A stretch of DNA of 63,390 bases, filler included, from Globobulimina sp. (taxonomy: Eukaryota): NCBI GenBank assembly GCA_003354225.1. It is 40 parts of 40 records of this genome, joined end to end, with 100 filler letters (N's around TTAATTAATTAA, not from the genome) between each part and the next. Parts side by side here need not be neighbours in the genome. Positions count along the whole stretch, not along the records: positions 49,214 to 50,700 come from PIVH01015909.1; positions 50,801 to 52,287 come from PIVH01015910.1; positions 52,388 to 53,874 come from PIVH01015911.1; positions 53,975 to 55,460 come from PIVH01015912.1; positions 55,561 to 57,046 come from PIVH01015913.1; positions 57,147 to 58,632 come from PIVH01015914.1; positions 58,733 to 60,218 come from PIVH01015915.1; positions 60,319 to 61,804 come from PIVH01015916.1; 32 more parts are not named here. One strand, given 5' to 3'. How positions within the stretch are numbered: the stretch's first letter is position 1; each line of letters opens with the position of its first letter. The translations under genes were made by a program, and so were the position numbers. A model generated the notes under the pieces. It ran no database searches and was not told the origin of the DNA. It worked only from the letters and a program-made list of their open reading frames with translations. Of this stretch, positions 49,490 to 61,983 are shown piece by piece.

Positions 49490-50671
49490 TCAACAGAATT
49501 CAGAATACTTCCAGTCAAAACTTAGCAGAATTGTCATATTCTTCAACAATGCACAGATTTGTTTATCAATTGTTAGTAACAGTTTAATTGACTCTTTTTT
49601 GTCATAGTCTCCTTTAGTAACATGGCTGCTATGTCTCATCTTGAATGATTTAAATCGTGTTTCGTTATTAATGTACCTCGCACGGTGCCTCGCCTTCCGA
49701 ATCATTTTCATTGGAAATTGTTTAAATCCTTTGTTGTGTGCCCGTCGTATAGGTGTTTTTGGCCTTATTTTTCGAACATTTCTTTTCATCCTCCTCCGGC
49801 GTTTTGGTTTTTTTCTTTTGACCCGATAGTTTTGCACTTTCTTCAGCCTCTCAGTTTTTTGTCTGCTTATACGGGTTATACCATTCAAGTCTTCTTTCTT
49901 CATACTTGTAAACAACTTATTTCTGGCTTCGGTTATATTAACTTTACTGTTCGTTTTATATAAACGTTGCATATTGCTGTTGTTATCAATAATATTCACA
50001 GCATCGAAAAATCGATTTATATTCAAATCAAATCCAGAATTCGTTCCAAAATCATCCAAATTAAATCTATGGTAATGATCAAAGAATTGAGTTCCAATTT
50101 GGTCCATCAAATATGAATACGGCCATTCACAGTTATAATATCTAATAAATTCCCAAAATAGGCCCATTTGAGTGTTGCTGTGTGATATATCCAACGTATT
50201 ATAAAATTCCCGCACAGTGAAATCCTCTCTCAATGCATATTGAGAATGAATAATGTTATTTTTATAAAAAGTATCCAAATAATTACTGACCTGCGGCAAA
50301 ATGAAGCAACGTCTTACTTGCTTTGACATATTCCAATATTTTTTATAATAATCTTGTTGATCCACCTTTGAATGGTTTGATCCAATTAAGTCTGTATATA
50401 AATGGATATTTTGCACTCTGTAATGGCCTATTTTTGCTCTTGAAATTGGCGCGTTGGTAAGCCACTTTTCACGAGCTTTTAAATGGTAATAGAATCCGGA
50501 TAAAATTGTAGTCACTGGAGGACGCATGAAATGTAATAATATTGCAACTTTGAGATCTGTTTTATAAAATGTTTTATAAAGTTGCTCTGGTTTTGTAGAT
50601 AACCGCTCCATCAACATTCCACGGAGGACCTTATCGTTATCAGCGACAGACAAACCACAGAAATGAGACAA
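49490..50671 (-). CDS. Hypothetical protein with a highly basic C-terminal region
   Basis: 393-aa open frame with RVKRKKPKRRRR; no family recognised. Confidence 0.5.
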   Translation of the reverse strand: MSHFCGLSVADNDKVLRGMLMERLSTKPEQLYKTFYKTDLKVAILLHFMRPPVTTILSGFYYHLKAREKWLTNAPISRAKIGHYRVQNIHLYTDLIGSNHSKVDQQDYYKKYWNMSKQVRRCFILPQVSNYLDTFYKNNIIHSQYALREDFTVREFYNTLDISHSNTQMGLFWEFIRYYNCEWPYSYLMDQIGTQFFDHYHRFNLDDFGTNSGFDLNINRFFDAVNIIDNNSNMQRLYKTNSKVNITEARNKLFTSMKKEDLNGITRISRQKTERLKKVQNYRVKRKKPKRRRRMKRNVRKIRPKTPIRRAHNKGFKQFPMKMIRKARHRARYINNETRFKSFKMRHSSHVTKGDYDKKESIKLLLTIDKQICALLKNMTILLSFDWKYSEFC

Positions 50672-51087
50672 TCGAAGCCCTATTTTTTGAGATAATTTAT
50701 NNNNNNNNNNNNNNNNNNNNNNNNNNNNNNNNNNNNNNNNNNNNTTAATTAATTAANNNNNNNNNNNNNNNNNNNNNNNNNNNNNNNNNNNNNNNNNNNN
50801 CTCGCATATGCAATATGATTTTTTGTGGTGTTGGCAGATATATATGATCAAAATTTCTATGTACAGATATATGTAGTCATATGTGCGGAATATGATCATA
50901 TATATGATCAATCACTCTGCTGATGTAATAATCACTCTGCTGAGATCAATTCGAGTAAAGGTTTTTTCACAGTAATATCTTACATTAACTAACACACCTC
51001 ACATTTTATTTACATAAACTGACACATAAATCCTTCCAGAATATATATATTACTGTATTTAAATAATTCCAATACAAAAAAATTAAC

Positions 51088-52287
51088 ATGTCGTCAATGA
51101 TTATTGTTTATGCATTATATATGGCTGCAATGTGTATGGGAATTGTGGTACAACCAATGCCGCCAGGCCTACCACCAATGCCGCCAGGCCTACCACCAAC
51201 AGGCCTACCACCAATGCCGCCAGGCCTACCACCACAGTTTCCTTATTATGACTGGCCACAACCAATAATTGATGTTGGTATCTCTTTGGTTTCACAAAGT
51301 GTTAGAATTTCGATTCAGGATCGATATGCATCGATAGATTATTCATTTTATTTTCTAAACAGAAATACAGATCCTGCATCCCCAAGTTCCTCCGAATTAG
51401 ATTATGAAATCTCGTTACAGCCAAACACATTTATCTCTTATTTTTCTGCTGATCTAAATGGCGTTGTATTTCGAGGTGAAACTAAAGAACGTTCACAAGC
51501 ATCAAATGAGTATAATAAGGCAGTCGAAACAGGCTTAAATGCGGTATTAGTATCACAAGATCACGACGCAAATGTGTTCAACATTCAAACAAATATCGAA
51601 AAAGGAGGTTACGTCAAATTAAATATCGTGGCAGAAACATTTATGTTACGGAGATTTGGATATTATGAATTCGCGCTACTCACTACAAATATATATAGTT
51701 CTTCTATAATTCATTCAGAATTCACACATACCGATATAACAATTGATTTGTATGATGAATCAGCAATATTATCCAATGATATCGATGTCATTACGCCAGG
51801 CAATGGCAATTTTAACGTGGAGCAAATCTCCAACAATGAATATAAAATCGATATTACTTTACAGAGATCAGTGAGCATAAGGCAAGAATTAATATTATTA
51901 CGCTATAAAAGCGAAACAAGCGAGAATATGAATCACGTGCTGTATGATGATAAATCAATGACTTTTTTGCATGTATTCTCCTATGATCATGATCATGAGC
52001 ATCCGGGCGCTGCTCCTGCAATATTGGCAAGGCGAGTGGTATTTGTGTTGGACAGATCTGGTTCGATGGGCGTAAATAAATGGGAATCAGCCGTGACTGC
52101 CACAATCGGAGCCATACAACATTTAAAAGCAGGAATTGACAAAATGAATATTATTTTATTCGATCATGTCTCCACATTATATTCAACCTCAATTGTTTCC
52201 GTCACTGCGGAGAGAATAGCGGATGCCATCGGGTGGCTGAACGGGTTTCATTCGCGTGGCTCAACCAATATCTATCAAGCTGTAGCG
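51088..52287 (+). CDS. Secreted VIT + vWA (ITIH-like) protein with N-terminal PPMPPGL repeats, truncated
   Basis: Signal peptide; VIT-like region (GETKERSQASNEYNKAV); MIDAS VVFVLDRSGSM; GSTNIYQA. Confidence 0.85.
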
Positions 52288-52387
52288 NNNNNNNNNNNNN
52301 NNNNNNNNNNNNNNNNNNNNNNNNNNNNNNNTTAATTAATTAANNNNNNNNNNNNNNNNNNNNNNNNNNNNNNNNNNNNNNNNNNNN

Positions 52388-52585
52388 AAATTTTTGGAAA
52401 TATTGGTTCAGCTCCACCAAAAACACTGTACACCTTCACAAAAAACACATATTTAGTTATCGAGAACAAATTTTTGGAAATATTGGTTCAGCTTCACCAA
52501 AAACACTGTACACCTTCACAAAAAACACATATTTAGTTATCGAGAACAAATTTTTGCTAAAATTTGTTTCAGCTCCACCAAAAAC
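52388..52585. repeat. 80-bp tandem repeat, ~2.5 copies
   Basis: Units start at 52388, 52468 and 52548. Confidence 0.9.
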
Positions 52586-52737
52586 AAGAAGTTTAGTGGC
52601 GAGAAAACTATATTTGTATTGAAATAATGAGCACATTTGGAAAAATAACCAAAAACAAGGAATTTAACCTAAATAATTTGACGACTTGCAGCCAGTTCTC
52701 GGCAAATCACTCTCCTGTAGTCGCCCTTGTATGTTGT

Positions 52738-53874
52738 TTAAGCCTTCACTGTGCGTTGCATCGTTAAAATAAAAGCAATGGCTGCACATAAACTAAAGGT
52801 CCATGATGTTAAATATCGGCCAAGGTATTTTTGAATGTAAATGATACCAAAGGTTCCTATTAATGCGGCTGGCAGCATGCTAGTAAACAATAATCCATAC
52901 ACAACACCATTATTATTTGATCCATATACATTTGTTATCTCTGTTGGGAAGACACTGTATGATCCACAAATGGAAAAGAATAAGCCACATAGCCATAGAG
53001 TGGCACATATTGGTATTAGAACCGGATGAATATATCCTAAAAATTTGAGCAATGGCCATGTTGCTAAGAATATCGTAGCAAATAATGTCATTAAACCCAT
53101 GGTTAATTTATATGATTTATTTCTATCCATCCATGAGCTCCAAAATAATCTGCCGCAGCCATTAAAGACAGATGAAATTGCTCCCATCATTGATAGAAAC
53201 CTATCATTTGATATTCCTAATTGAACATTGCTAAAATCCTTCCATTCCGTTGCGAAAAAGGTTAAACACAATCCATTGCAACAAAATGTAAACCATAAAA
53301 GCCAAAATGTCCTATCTTTTAACACTTGTCTCACTGTCAGAGTATCATCCATATCATGGTCATTTACTGTCGTATTGAATTCTTTATAATTGTGCCCATC
53401 CAAACAGACAAAATCAGGCGGATTTGATAACATCATTGCTCCAATAAACTGCAAAACAATATAGATCACCGATAGCTTAACAAAACAGATTGGAACATTA
53501 TTCAATACAGACGGTGAATTTGTAAATCCGTAATTTGGATCTTGTTTGACATTGTGTGGATTTATCAATTGTGTCTGGATAATATCAAATACTGTGGATG
53601 CGGCACCAAAACCCATAATAATACAGCCATTAACGGCACCTTTCTTACTTTTAAACCATCGCATTCCAACTACCAATGGCGTGCTGTATGCGAAACCAAT
53701 GCCAAATCCTTGGATAAAACCATATGTAATTATTGTATAATATAGATTAAAACAAGTAAAATATGTGAAAAATACGCCACAGCACATTATGAAACATCCA
53801 ATTAGTGTGGTTTTGGTTGGCCGCAGCAAACGTTCCATTTTACTACCTAATGAGTTTACTGTTATTATCAAAAC
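52738..53874 (-). CDS. MFS transporter, oxalate:formate antiporter (OFA)-like, 5' missing
   Basis: YGFIQGFGIGFAYSTP, RWFKSKKGAVNG..GFG, FWLLW, FNGCGRLFW, YGSNNNGVVYGLLF. Confidence 0.85.
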   Translation of the reverse strand, partial: VLIITVNSLGSKMERLLRPTKTTLIGCFIMCCGVFFTYFTCFNLYYTIITYGFIQGFGIGFAYSTPLVVGMRWFKSKKGAVNGCIIMGFGAASTVFDIIQTQLINPHNVKQDPNYGFTNSPSVLNNVPICFVKLSVIYIVLQFIGAMMLSNPPDFVCLDGHNYKEFNTTVNDHDMDDTLTVRQVLKDRTFWLLWFTFCCNGLCLTFFATEWKDFSNVQLGISNDRFLSMMGAISSVFNGCGRLFWSSWMDRNKSYKLTMGLMTLFATIFLATWPLLKFLGYIHPVLIPICATLWLCGLFFSICGSYSVFPTEITNVYGSNNNGVVYGLLFTSMLPAALIGTFGIIYIQKYLGRYLTSWTFSLCAAIAFILTMQRTVKA

Positions 53875-53974
53875 NNNNNNNNNNNNNNNNNNNNNNNNNN
53901 NNNNNNNNNNNNNNNNNNTTAATTAATTAANNNNNNNNNNNNNNNNNNNNNNNNNNNNNNNNNNNNNNNNNNNN

Positions 53975-54349
53975 CCCTCTTCCTCTTCCTCTTCCTCTTC
54001 CTCTTCCTCTTCAGGGAAGACCTCGATGGCGATCAGGTCTAGTTGCGGAGCATCGGGGATGTCCTCCACCGCATCCAGCAAGATTGTACTCGCTTGCCAC
54101 TTACGGAACCGGTCCTGCACGCGAATGAGGTACTTCTCACGCAATCGGCTCCAATCAGCGGAAGGCCTGTCTTCCCAAGTGTGAAGTGCGTGCGCCAAGT
54201 CTTTGGCGGATTGAAACCGTTGGTCTGGGTCTTTTTGAAGGCATCGGCGTATGATCTCGTCTAGTTGCGGTGGAATATCGGTATTGAGTTCCTTGGGGGC
54301 AACAGGCGTGGTATTGGGGGATTCGATGGCGTCCATGATCTGCTTCGTC
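53975..54349 (-). CDS. GC-rich bacterial-type (Pkn-like) Ser/Thr kinase C-lobe end plus downstream region with poly-Glu
   Basis: PKELNTDIPPQLDEIIRRCLQKDPDQRFQSAKDL; GC much higher than the rest of the contig. Confidence 0.65.
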
Positions 54350-54353
54350 GATC

Positions 54354-55460
54354 ATATTTATTTGGAGCATAAAATCGGTAATGTTGACCAAAATAACCTT
54401 TTTATTGATATTGAAAATGCAGGAAAGGTCAAAATAGGGCTATGCCAAGGCGTTATTCCACATATTTTGAGACAAGAAATGATAAATAGAGATGATGCAA
54501 ATGGATTACTTGGAATGTATTTGCCATACAAACAAATCAAACAAATCGAGAATCGACTTTGGTGGCTATCCAATAATGCTTTTCATCATAGAAACTGTCG
54601 TGGCATATTGGTTGATGGTATTGGCGCTGATAAATGCAATATAAAATGTGCTGAATTGTTACATAATGAACAGTTAAATAATATGATCTCTCACTCATTT
54701 CAAACGCATCAAACTCAACAGAATTCCCGGTTAAATTTGGATGCCACCATTATTAAATTAGCATCACAAAGGAATGAGATGCGTAGATTACGCGCCAAGG
54801 TACGTGCCATTGTGCCATTGCTCCATTGCAAGGTTGAAGTTTTCGTTTCTTTGCTTGACAGATACAATACAGAGAAAGAAAGATCCAAAATAAGATTGTG
54901 CAAATAACCATACATAAACGTATAGAATCAAATTTAGCGTTATGTGGCGGCTCTGGGACAAGCAGAATTATTCGGAATTATATAAACAATGGGAAATCGG
55001 CTCAGTGGTGTTTGAATCAGTTGGTGTTATTCATAAATGGACAATATAAATCAACAAAATATGATCATGATGACTTTATAAAATCTGTGATATGTTTTAT
55101 TCTCGGAGGGTCTGCATGCTTTGGATATATGTATAAAATGGGACTGGTTATGGGTAAGTCCACAGTAAAAGATAAAATGAAGGAATATTTCAGAGCGTCT
55201 GAAGGGATTATATTTGATATTGAAGGCTTGACAGCTACGAACTTAATAGATAGATTTAAATATATTTTGGAAGCAGACGGTGCCAAGTTACTGCTTAAAG
55301 AGGATTGGAAGTGGGATGATGAGGATGATATTAAATACGAGATAATAGGTCCTGGAATAATAGCAAATGTTAAAGCGGATGAAATGTACCATGCTAAAAA
55401 ACTTGAAGTGTATTTTGATACGGAGACGCAGAGAAATATGGTGATTGGAAGGGGTGCTGA
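54354..55460 (+). mobile_element. P-element-superfamily-like transposase fragment with an intron at 54800-54861
   Basis: C..G...C..C knuckle, coiled coil, GQY...Y...LGG, and KADEMYHAKKLEVYFD...IG (first catalytic Asp region); GTACGT...GACAG splicing joins the two ORFs in frame. Confidence 0.6.
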
Positions 55461-55613
55461 NNNNNNNNNNNNNNNNNNNNNNNNNNNNNNNNNNNNNNNN
55501 NNNNTTAATTAATTAANNNNNNNNNNNNNNNNNNNNNNNNNNNNNNNNNNNNNNNNNNNNTGATAGATGTAATGTTTGTATTTCAATTTTTTCCCATAAA
55601 CTCGATCAAAAAT

Positions 55614-55712
55614 CCGAAAACATATATTAGTTTCTATTATTATGATGATACCAAATTCACTGTATGGTCATTTTTTGGAATAAAACTACGTATTCAATTT
55701 GTTTTACTTTCT
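55614..55712 (+). repeat. Dispersed repeat family C, copy 2
   Basis: Identical to the reverse complement of 26797-26895. Confidence 0.88.
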
Positions 55713-56056
55713 TGCCAATAAACGTGTTTCCGAAAACACGTTTCTTGTCTCGATGATGATGCTTAAAACTCCGTGCATAAATTTCGAGAGTTTGGGTGGA
55801 ATAACAATTAACAAACAATATGTATTATTCATAAATACAATATGGCACACCACACACTACAAAACAATTTGTAAAAAAGAGCACACAGATTACAATTATA
55901 TGGTAGGCAGATCACAAAACGGAAATTTACAAAAGAAAATATCAAAAAAAATAGAAAACAGTAATAATAATAGTACAGTTTACACAAAATAAATATTGAA
56001 TGAAAAATTATGATTGTTAAATAAATAGAAATATAAAATAAAAAAATTAATTGCCT

Positions 56057-57046
56057 TTAAGCCTGATGTGGTTTATTACGATTGATATGTTTAATAATCC
56101 AGGCATTATATTTAATATCTTTGGCTGAATATCTTTTTTGTGGATCAATTTCCAATAAACATTTTACTAAGTTTTTGGCCTCATCACTGACATTATTCCA
56201 TCTTTTTGAATTAAAATTATATTTTCCTTTGGCAATTAATTTATAGATTTGATTTAATGAATTTGCATTAAACGGTTGATATCCTACCAACATAATAAAT
56301 AAAATAACTCCAAGTGACCACATATCACATTTATAATTATACTCATTTTTTGTAATTATTTCTGGTGCGACATAATGTGGAGTCTGTATATTGTTTAATT
56401 ATATTTATTATATTAATTACTGGACTGCACTGGACTTAACTCCGCAACATGTATCCATATATATGTTGGATATATGTATTGGTGGTGATTGCGAGGGTGA
56501 AGGTGATGGTGATGGATTCGATGAAGATGCAGATGGTGGCTTCGATGGTCGATAATGGGCCAGCCCAAAATCCGTTATTTTGATTGTGCCGTCCATTCCA
56601 AATAAAATGTTTTCCGGCTTAAGGTATGGTATTAGTATTACGGTGGTTTACATATAAAATCGAGACTCCGTCCGTCTGTTTGAGTGTTTGTAGATTCTAT
56701 GCAGCTGCAATTTGAATGGACATTTATATGTAAACGACGGTAATACCTTCATATCTCGATGAACCACGGCGTTTTCGTGTAAATGTTGTAGTGCGCCAGA
56801 TAGTGTATATATGATTTCTGCAGATTTATGCTCACAAAAATGATTTTTTTCACAAGATACAATTTCATCAAAAAGATCTTTGCCATTACACAGTTCCAAT
56901 ACCATGGACACTATTTTTCCATCATCAAATACATCAACTAATTTAATTACATTTTTATGTGAAATTTTTTTTAAAATTTGAATTTCATCGCGTAAACCTA
57001 TTAACTCCCTCTCTGTTAAATAGTCCTTGTTTATGCTTTTTACCGC
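56057..57046 (-). CDS. CAMK-family Ser/Thr kinase, 5' missing, two introns
   Basis: AVK, MVLELCNG, VVHRDMK|PENIL, ITDFGLA, TCCG|TPHYVAPE, DMWSLGVI. Confidence 0.92.
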
Positions 57047-58121
57047 NNNNNNNNNNNNNNNNNNNNNNNNNNNNNNNNNNNNNNNNNNNNTTAATTAATT
57101 AANNNNNNNNNNNNNNNNNNNNNNNNNNNNNNNNNNNNNNNNNNNNTCGCAAACATACAACGGACAGAAATAAAGAGCTAGTGCGACCTTTTAAATTCTC
57201 AAAGTATGTCTTATATGCCTTATATCGGCGATATTTATCGGAATTTTCCATAATTTTCGATTATAAAATACGTTCTGTTGTTATTAATTAAGCCCAATGG
57301 ATAATATTAAAAAAATGACTGATGCGTGGTTGCCTGCTGAGGAAACGGAGAAAGAGGAAAAGGAGACAACAGAGGCAAAGCAAGAAAGTAATGTAAAGAG
57401 TACGAAAACAACGAAAAGGGGGAATGCAAAACGTAGAAAGAAACAGAGGAAAATGTGAATTGCATTGAGCTGCAAAATATGACGCGTTGTGTTTTGATGG
57501 TATAACTTTATAGTGACATAGTGATCTTATGTTTGAGTTTTCCAATTCCCAAATATATTTGCAGATTTTCTCAATTTGCCACTGCAAAGAACTACAGACA
57601 GACAATAAAATCACTTTAATGACATGCCGCGTCGTAAAAAATACAAAAAAAAGAATAAAAATAAATTACAAACACAACAACATAACAAGAATGATACCAA
57701 ACTACAAACAATAGAATCCAGCAAATGTATGGATCACGTAACAGGTAACTACATTGTTGGTAACAGAGTGAATATTAATATTACCAACCACATGATAAAT
57801 TGACTCATATCTTTAGTAATACAGATTTATCTCCGGCTGGTTGTCCATTGGACAGACAAACATTAATGGATAAATTTAAAAAACAACATGCGGATCTAAT
57901 CGATCAACAATTACATGCATATGTAGAGCATCCAAACCAGCCATATAACCAGGTATTAATTATATAAATATAGCAATCATCAAATTTTTTATCAAAAACA
58001 ATGTGATAAACAGTGTAAGAAGAGAAGAGCAGAATTAATTGCACGTAAATACGGAAAATTTGTAGAAGCTGAAGAAATAAAAAGAATTGCAGAATTAAAG
58101 AAGGTTGCAGCTGATTTAGAA

Positions 58122-58632
58122 TTGCAGCATGAAAGAGATTTAGATGCACTTTCAAAAGAACTAGAAATGAAATTAAAAATCGAACAGTTAGAAAAATATG
58201 TAGCAGCACTAAGAAGAATCAGACTAATGCAATTTGAGAAAATAGAATCACTAAAAAAAGAAAAAGAAGAATTAGAATATAAATATAATAAATTTTTCTC
58301 ACAAACACAGACTCAAATTCATGATTTGCGAGATTCAAATAAAAGAATGCAACAAAGATATATTTCAGTGGAAGATTTGTACCAAAGGTTATTGATTAAA
58401 CATGAATCGAATGAATGTAAAACAGCTCAAATAATGGAGGAACATAAAGAATTAGAAATGAAATACAATGAATTAGAAACAAAATGTATGGAACAACAGA
58501 AACGGTTTGGATATGAATCGTGGACTACAAAGGATTTGGTGAATTGGATTGTTGCCATTGATAAAGGGAAATATAGCAAATATTATAATGATTTATTGAA
58601 AAATATGCGTGCTGAAGGAATTGATGGTATGT
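58122..58632 (+). CDS. Coiled-coil protein with the start of a SAM-like domain
   Basis: Heptad-rich; ends YESWTTKDLVNWI...KY...EGIDG. Confidence 0.6.
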
Positions 58633-58855
58633 NNNNNNNNNNNNNNNNNNNNNNNNNNNNNNNNNNNNNNNNNNNNTTAATTAATTAANNNNNNNNNNNN
58701 NNNNNNNNNNNNNNNNNNNNNNNNNNNNNNNNATTAACACTGGAATGACTTCTTTTGTGACTGCGACTGTATCCTCTAAGAACTGGCACGTTAAGCATTC
58801 AAACAAAAAAACTTACTTCAACTTGATGCAACTTTATACCTCACACACAAAAACA

Positions 58856-60218
58856 CTACAGACAGATATAGCATGCATACATACAAAGAATCATTAAAGC
58901 AATTCCCCATGATACAACACCACCAATGAAAATTATAAATGCTAAATGCCATGTTTTATGAAATATCTCCGCAATATCATAATAAATAACACCCATTGTT
59001 GGACACCAAACTGCAAATAAAAAACATACGCTGATAATAAATATTCCAAAATATACTGCAATATCTACTCCAATATCTACGTTCTGTCCACGAAAATAAT
59101 ATGATGATTCTGAAAATAATTGATATCCATTAACGATTGCATTAAATCCAATGAGTAAAAAACTTGCCACATATGACCATAAAACAACATTTTTAGCAAC
59201 AATTATTTCAAAACTGTCATTTGGATCAATTTTCATTGGTATTAATTGTGGATAATAATTTGTAACAAATGTTTTATAACAGTCATATCCAGAATCACTA
59301 TATAACCATGAAACATAATAAACAGCAATTATTGTATGTGGTACATCATGTAATATTGTTGCAATAAATTGAAGAATATATCTTGTGAAACTTACTAACA
59401 ATAAATTTTCTGTGACATCTTTCTGTTCTGATATTTGTTGAATAAATGATATGGATTTTTTCAATGTTTTTTTTTCCGTATCATCTAATAAATTTGGTTC
59501 AATATTTGCTGTTGATTCATCTTTTTTCTTTGCATCTTTTAATTCTTTTTCTTTCTTCTTAATTTTCTTTTGAACATTTTGCAATTGCACTACGTTTGGA
59601 GATTCCGTTCCTGCCATATCAGCATGGTATAATTCACCACTTTTCTCCCAAATGATAAATAATCTGCCTCCAATTCCTATACATTGAGTAATCGCACCAA
59701 TAAATATAAACACCCAACTACATCTAATATATGTTTTTATCTTTGATAACATATTATCATTATCAATATCTATAATCATATCATCTATGGTACAAAATGC
59801 ATATTGCTGCTGTACTGTTAATGAACCATATTGGTATAATGCCTTTTGAATTGGTAATGATGTGTCCATATCATATATATCATCAATGCATATACATTCT
59901 TTACAAATCCAATCTTTAATCATAAATGATTGTTGATATGGTGCTAAATATGTTCCCCATGATTGTTCCCCACAGCTTATACAGTATCAGTCGAAATTAT
60001 ATTCATTTCAACATTATCCACAGTTCCATTTATCATCATCGTAGAATTTATACATTCAACTGATATTGAATCACATTCACATGATACGTTGGATTGCAAC
60101 ATATAATCCAAATACCATTGAGGTTTATATAATGTTGGATAACAAAATGAATAGTTATATCCATCATTTTTTACATGTTGATACGATTCAAATAATGATT
60201 TATATTCTCTCATTTCAT
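58856..60218 (-). CDS. Multi-pass membrane protein, with an apparent 1-nt frameshift near 59985
   Basis: Several TM segments, LHDVPH motif; the upstream ORF continues in a shifted frame. Confidence 0.55.
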
Positions 60219-60318
60219 NNNNNNNNNNNNNNNNNNNNNNNNNNNNNNNNNNNNNNNNNNNNTTAATTAATTAANNNNNNNNNNNNNNNNNNNNNNNNNN
60301 NNNNNNNNNNNNNNNNNN

Positions 60319-61196
60319 ACTCACAGCAATTCTTTGCACAGTTATAGGTGAAACACCACAAGGCGTGTTAACATTTGATACAATCACATTTAACAAAATT
60401 GTGGATGGTTCACGAAATGTATTGGTTAAATTTGACAAAGTTACATTTCATAACATTTCATATTGCATTCCTATGCATAAAGGTCTGTATTAATTGACAT
60501 AAACAGAAATACGCATATGGCGACAATGAAAATGCAGTTAAGCAAACATAGAAAATTCAAGAAATTTTGTGATGTATTTGTCATACATGTCTATATAAAA
60601 AAAAGTGGAAAGAGTTCGCAACGTCTTATGCAAGCACACCTGAATTGATTTTAAGTGAAGTTGGAATATCAAAGCATGGAGAAAATACAAATGAAGAATT
60701 AGGTGATAGGTACGATATAAATCAAGATGATTTCCCACAATATCGATTATTTTTGGTATCAAAAGATATGAATGAACCAATAAAATACCAATATAGGGAT
60801 GATATAAAAGCGGATGAATTGGCCCAATTTGTTCGCAGAAACGGGATATATTTAGCTTTGAATGGATGTTTACAAGATTTTGACGAATTAACTGCCAAAT
60901 TTATGAAAGCAAAAGACAAAGCAAGTCGAGATAAGATTGGTATGGATGGGAAAGGCGCATTGGATAATTATGTCGGAAATGAAGATGCTATGAAATCTGG
61001 CAAATATTATATGAAAGTTATGGCAAAAATAACAAAGAGTGGAGATGAATATGTTGAGCAAGAAATAAAAAGATTGGATACTTTATTAAATGGTGACACG
61101 TATATAGCCGATGAGAAAAAACCATGGTTTACAAAGAGATTGAATGTGTTGAGTGTATTCAAAGAACATTTGCTTGCTCAAAAACAAGAATTGTAA
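60319..61196 (+). CDS. ERP29: ERp29/Windbeutel-like ER protein; introns 60440-60506 and 60537-60605
   Basis: TFDTITFNKIV...VLVKFDK|KYAYGD, FPQYRLF, GCLQDFD, YYMKVMAKI, RLNVLSVF, C-terminal KQEL. Confidence 0.88.
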
Positions 61197-61983
61197 AGTA
61201 TTAAAACATTTTATTACTTTTAATTATTTTAGGTCGCTGACTTGGTAGAAAAACTTCATCTTTTGACTATTGTAAATCGAATCAACCAAATAATGGAGCC
61301 TAAAATGAGAATAATGTCATTTAACGAATATTGCGCTCTACATAATGTAAAGTTGAGTCATCACATATTGATAATTGATATCTATATTATAAATTTAATC
61401 CGAATGACTCGTGCGTTTATTGACAGGTCAACAGCAAAGAAACACGCATTCCAACCATTGAAATGTCCCTCAATTCCAATTTCTTTTATTGCAGATAATC
61501 CCTCAATTTCTTTTGGTAGTGATGAGGAATCACAGAAAACTGTCGATATGGCTGCGTTACAACGTACATATTCCGGAGTGGACGACCATATGCATATAAA
61601 TAGAGTACCATTGAGAGCCTGCATTACCTCTATCCCATCTATCCCATCTATCCCATCCCTCCCCTCATGGACTTTGTCAATGGACGATAATAAATAAAAT
61701 TGTATGAAGCTAAGCAGATGTAAATCATCATGTAATTATCATTAATTTATATATCTATAATATTGTGTGCCGTTTAATGGGATGTGTGCTGCGAGTGAAC
61801 CAATNNNNNNNNNNNNNNNNNNNNNNNNNNNNNNNNNNNNNNNNNNNNTTAATTAATTAANNNNNNNNNNNNNNNNNNNNNNNNNNNNNNNNNNNNNNNN
61901 NNNNAAGACGACACCCAACACGGACACGTAAAAGAAATCTGGCCGGCAACAACGAATCCATGCGCCAGGTACGTAGTCAGTTC

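Noticed and set aside
52388-52585. 80-bp periodic repeat as a CRISPR array
   Set aside because: The whole unit repeats; there are no variable spacers.
54251-54907. 218-aa ORF as a real fusion protein
   Set aside because: Its first ~33 codons are the antisense of the GC-rich kinase fragment across a probable chimeric junction, and its end reads through an intron.
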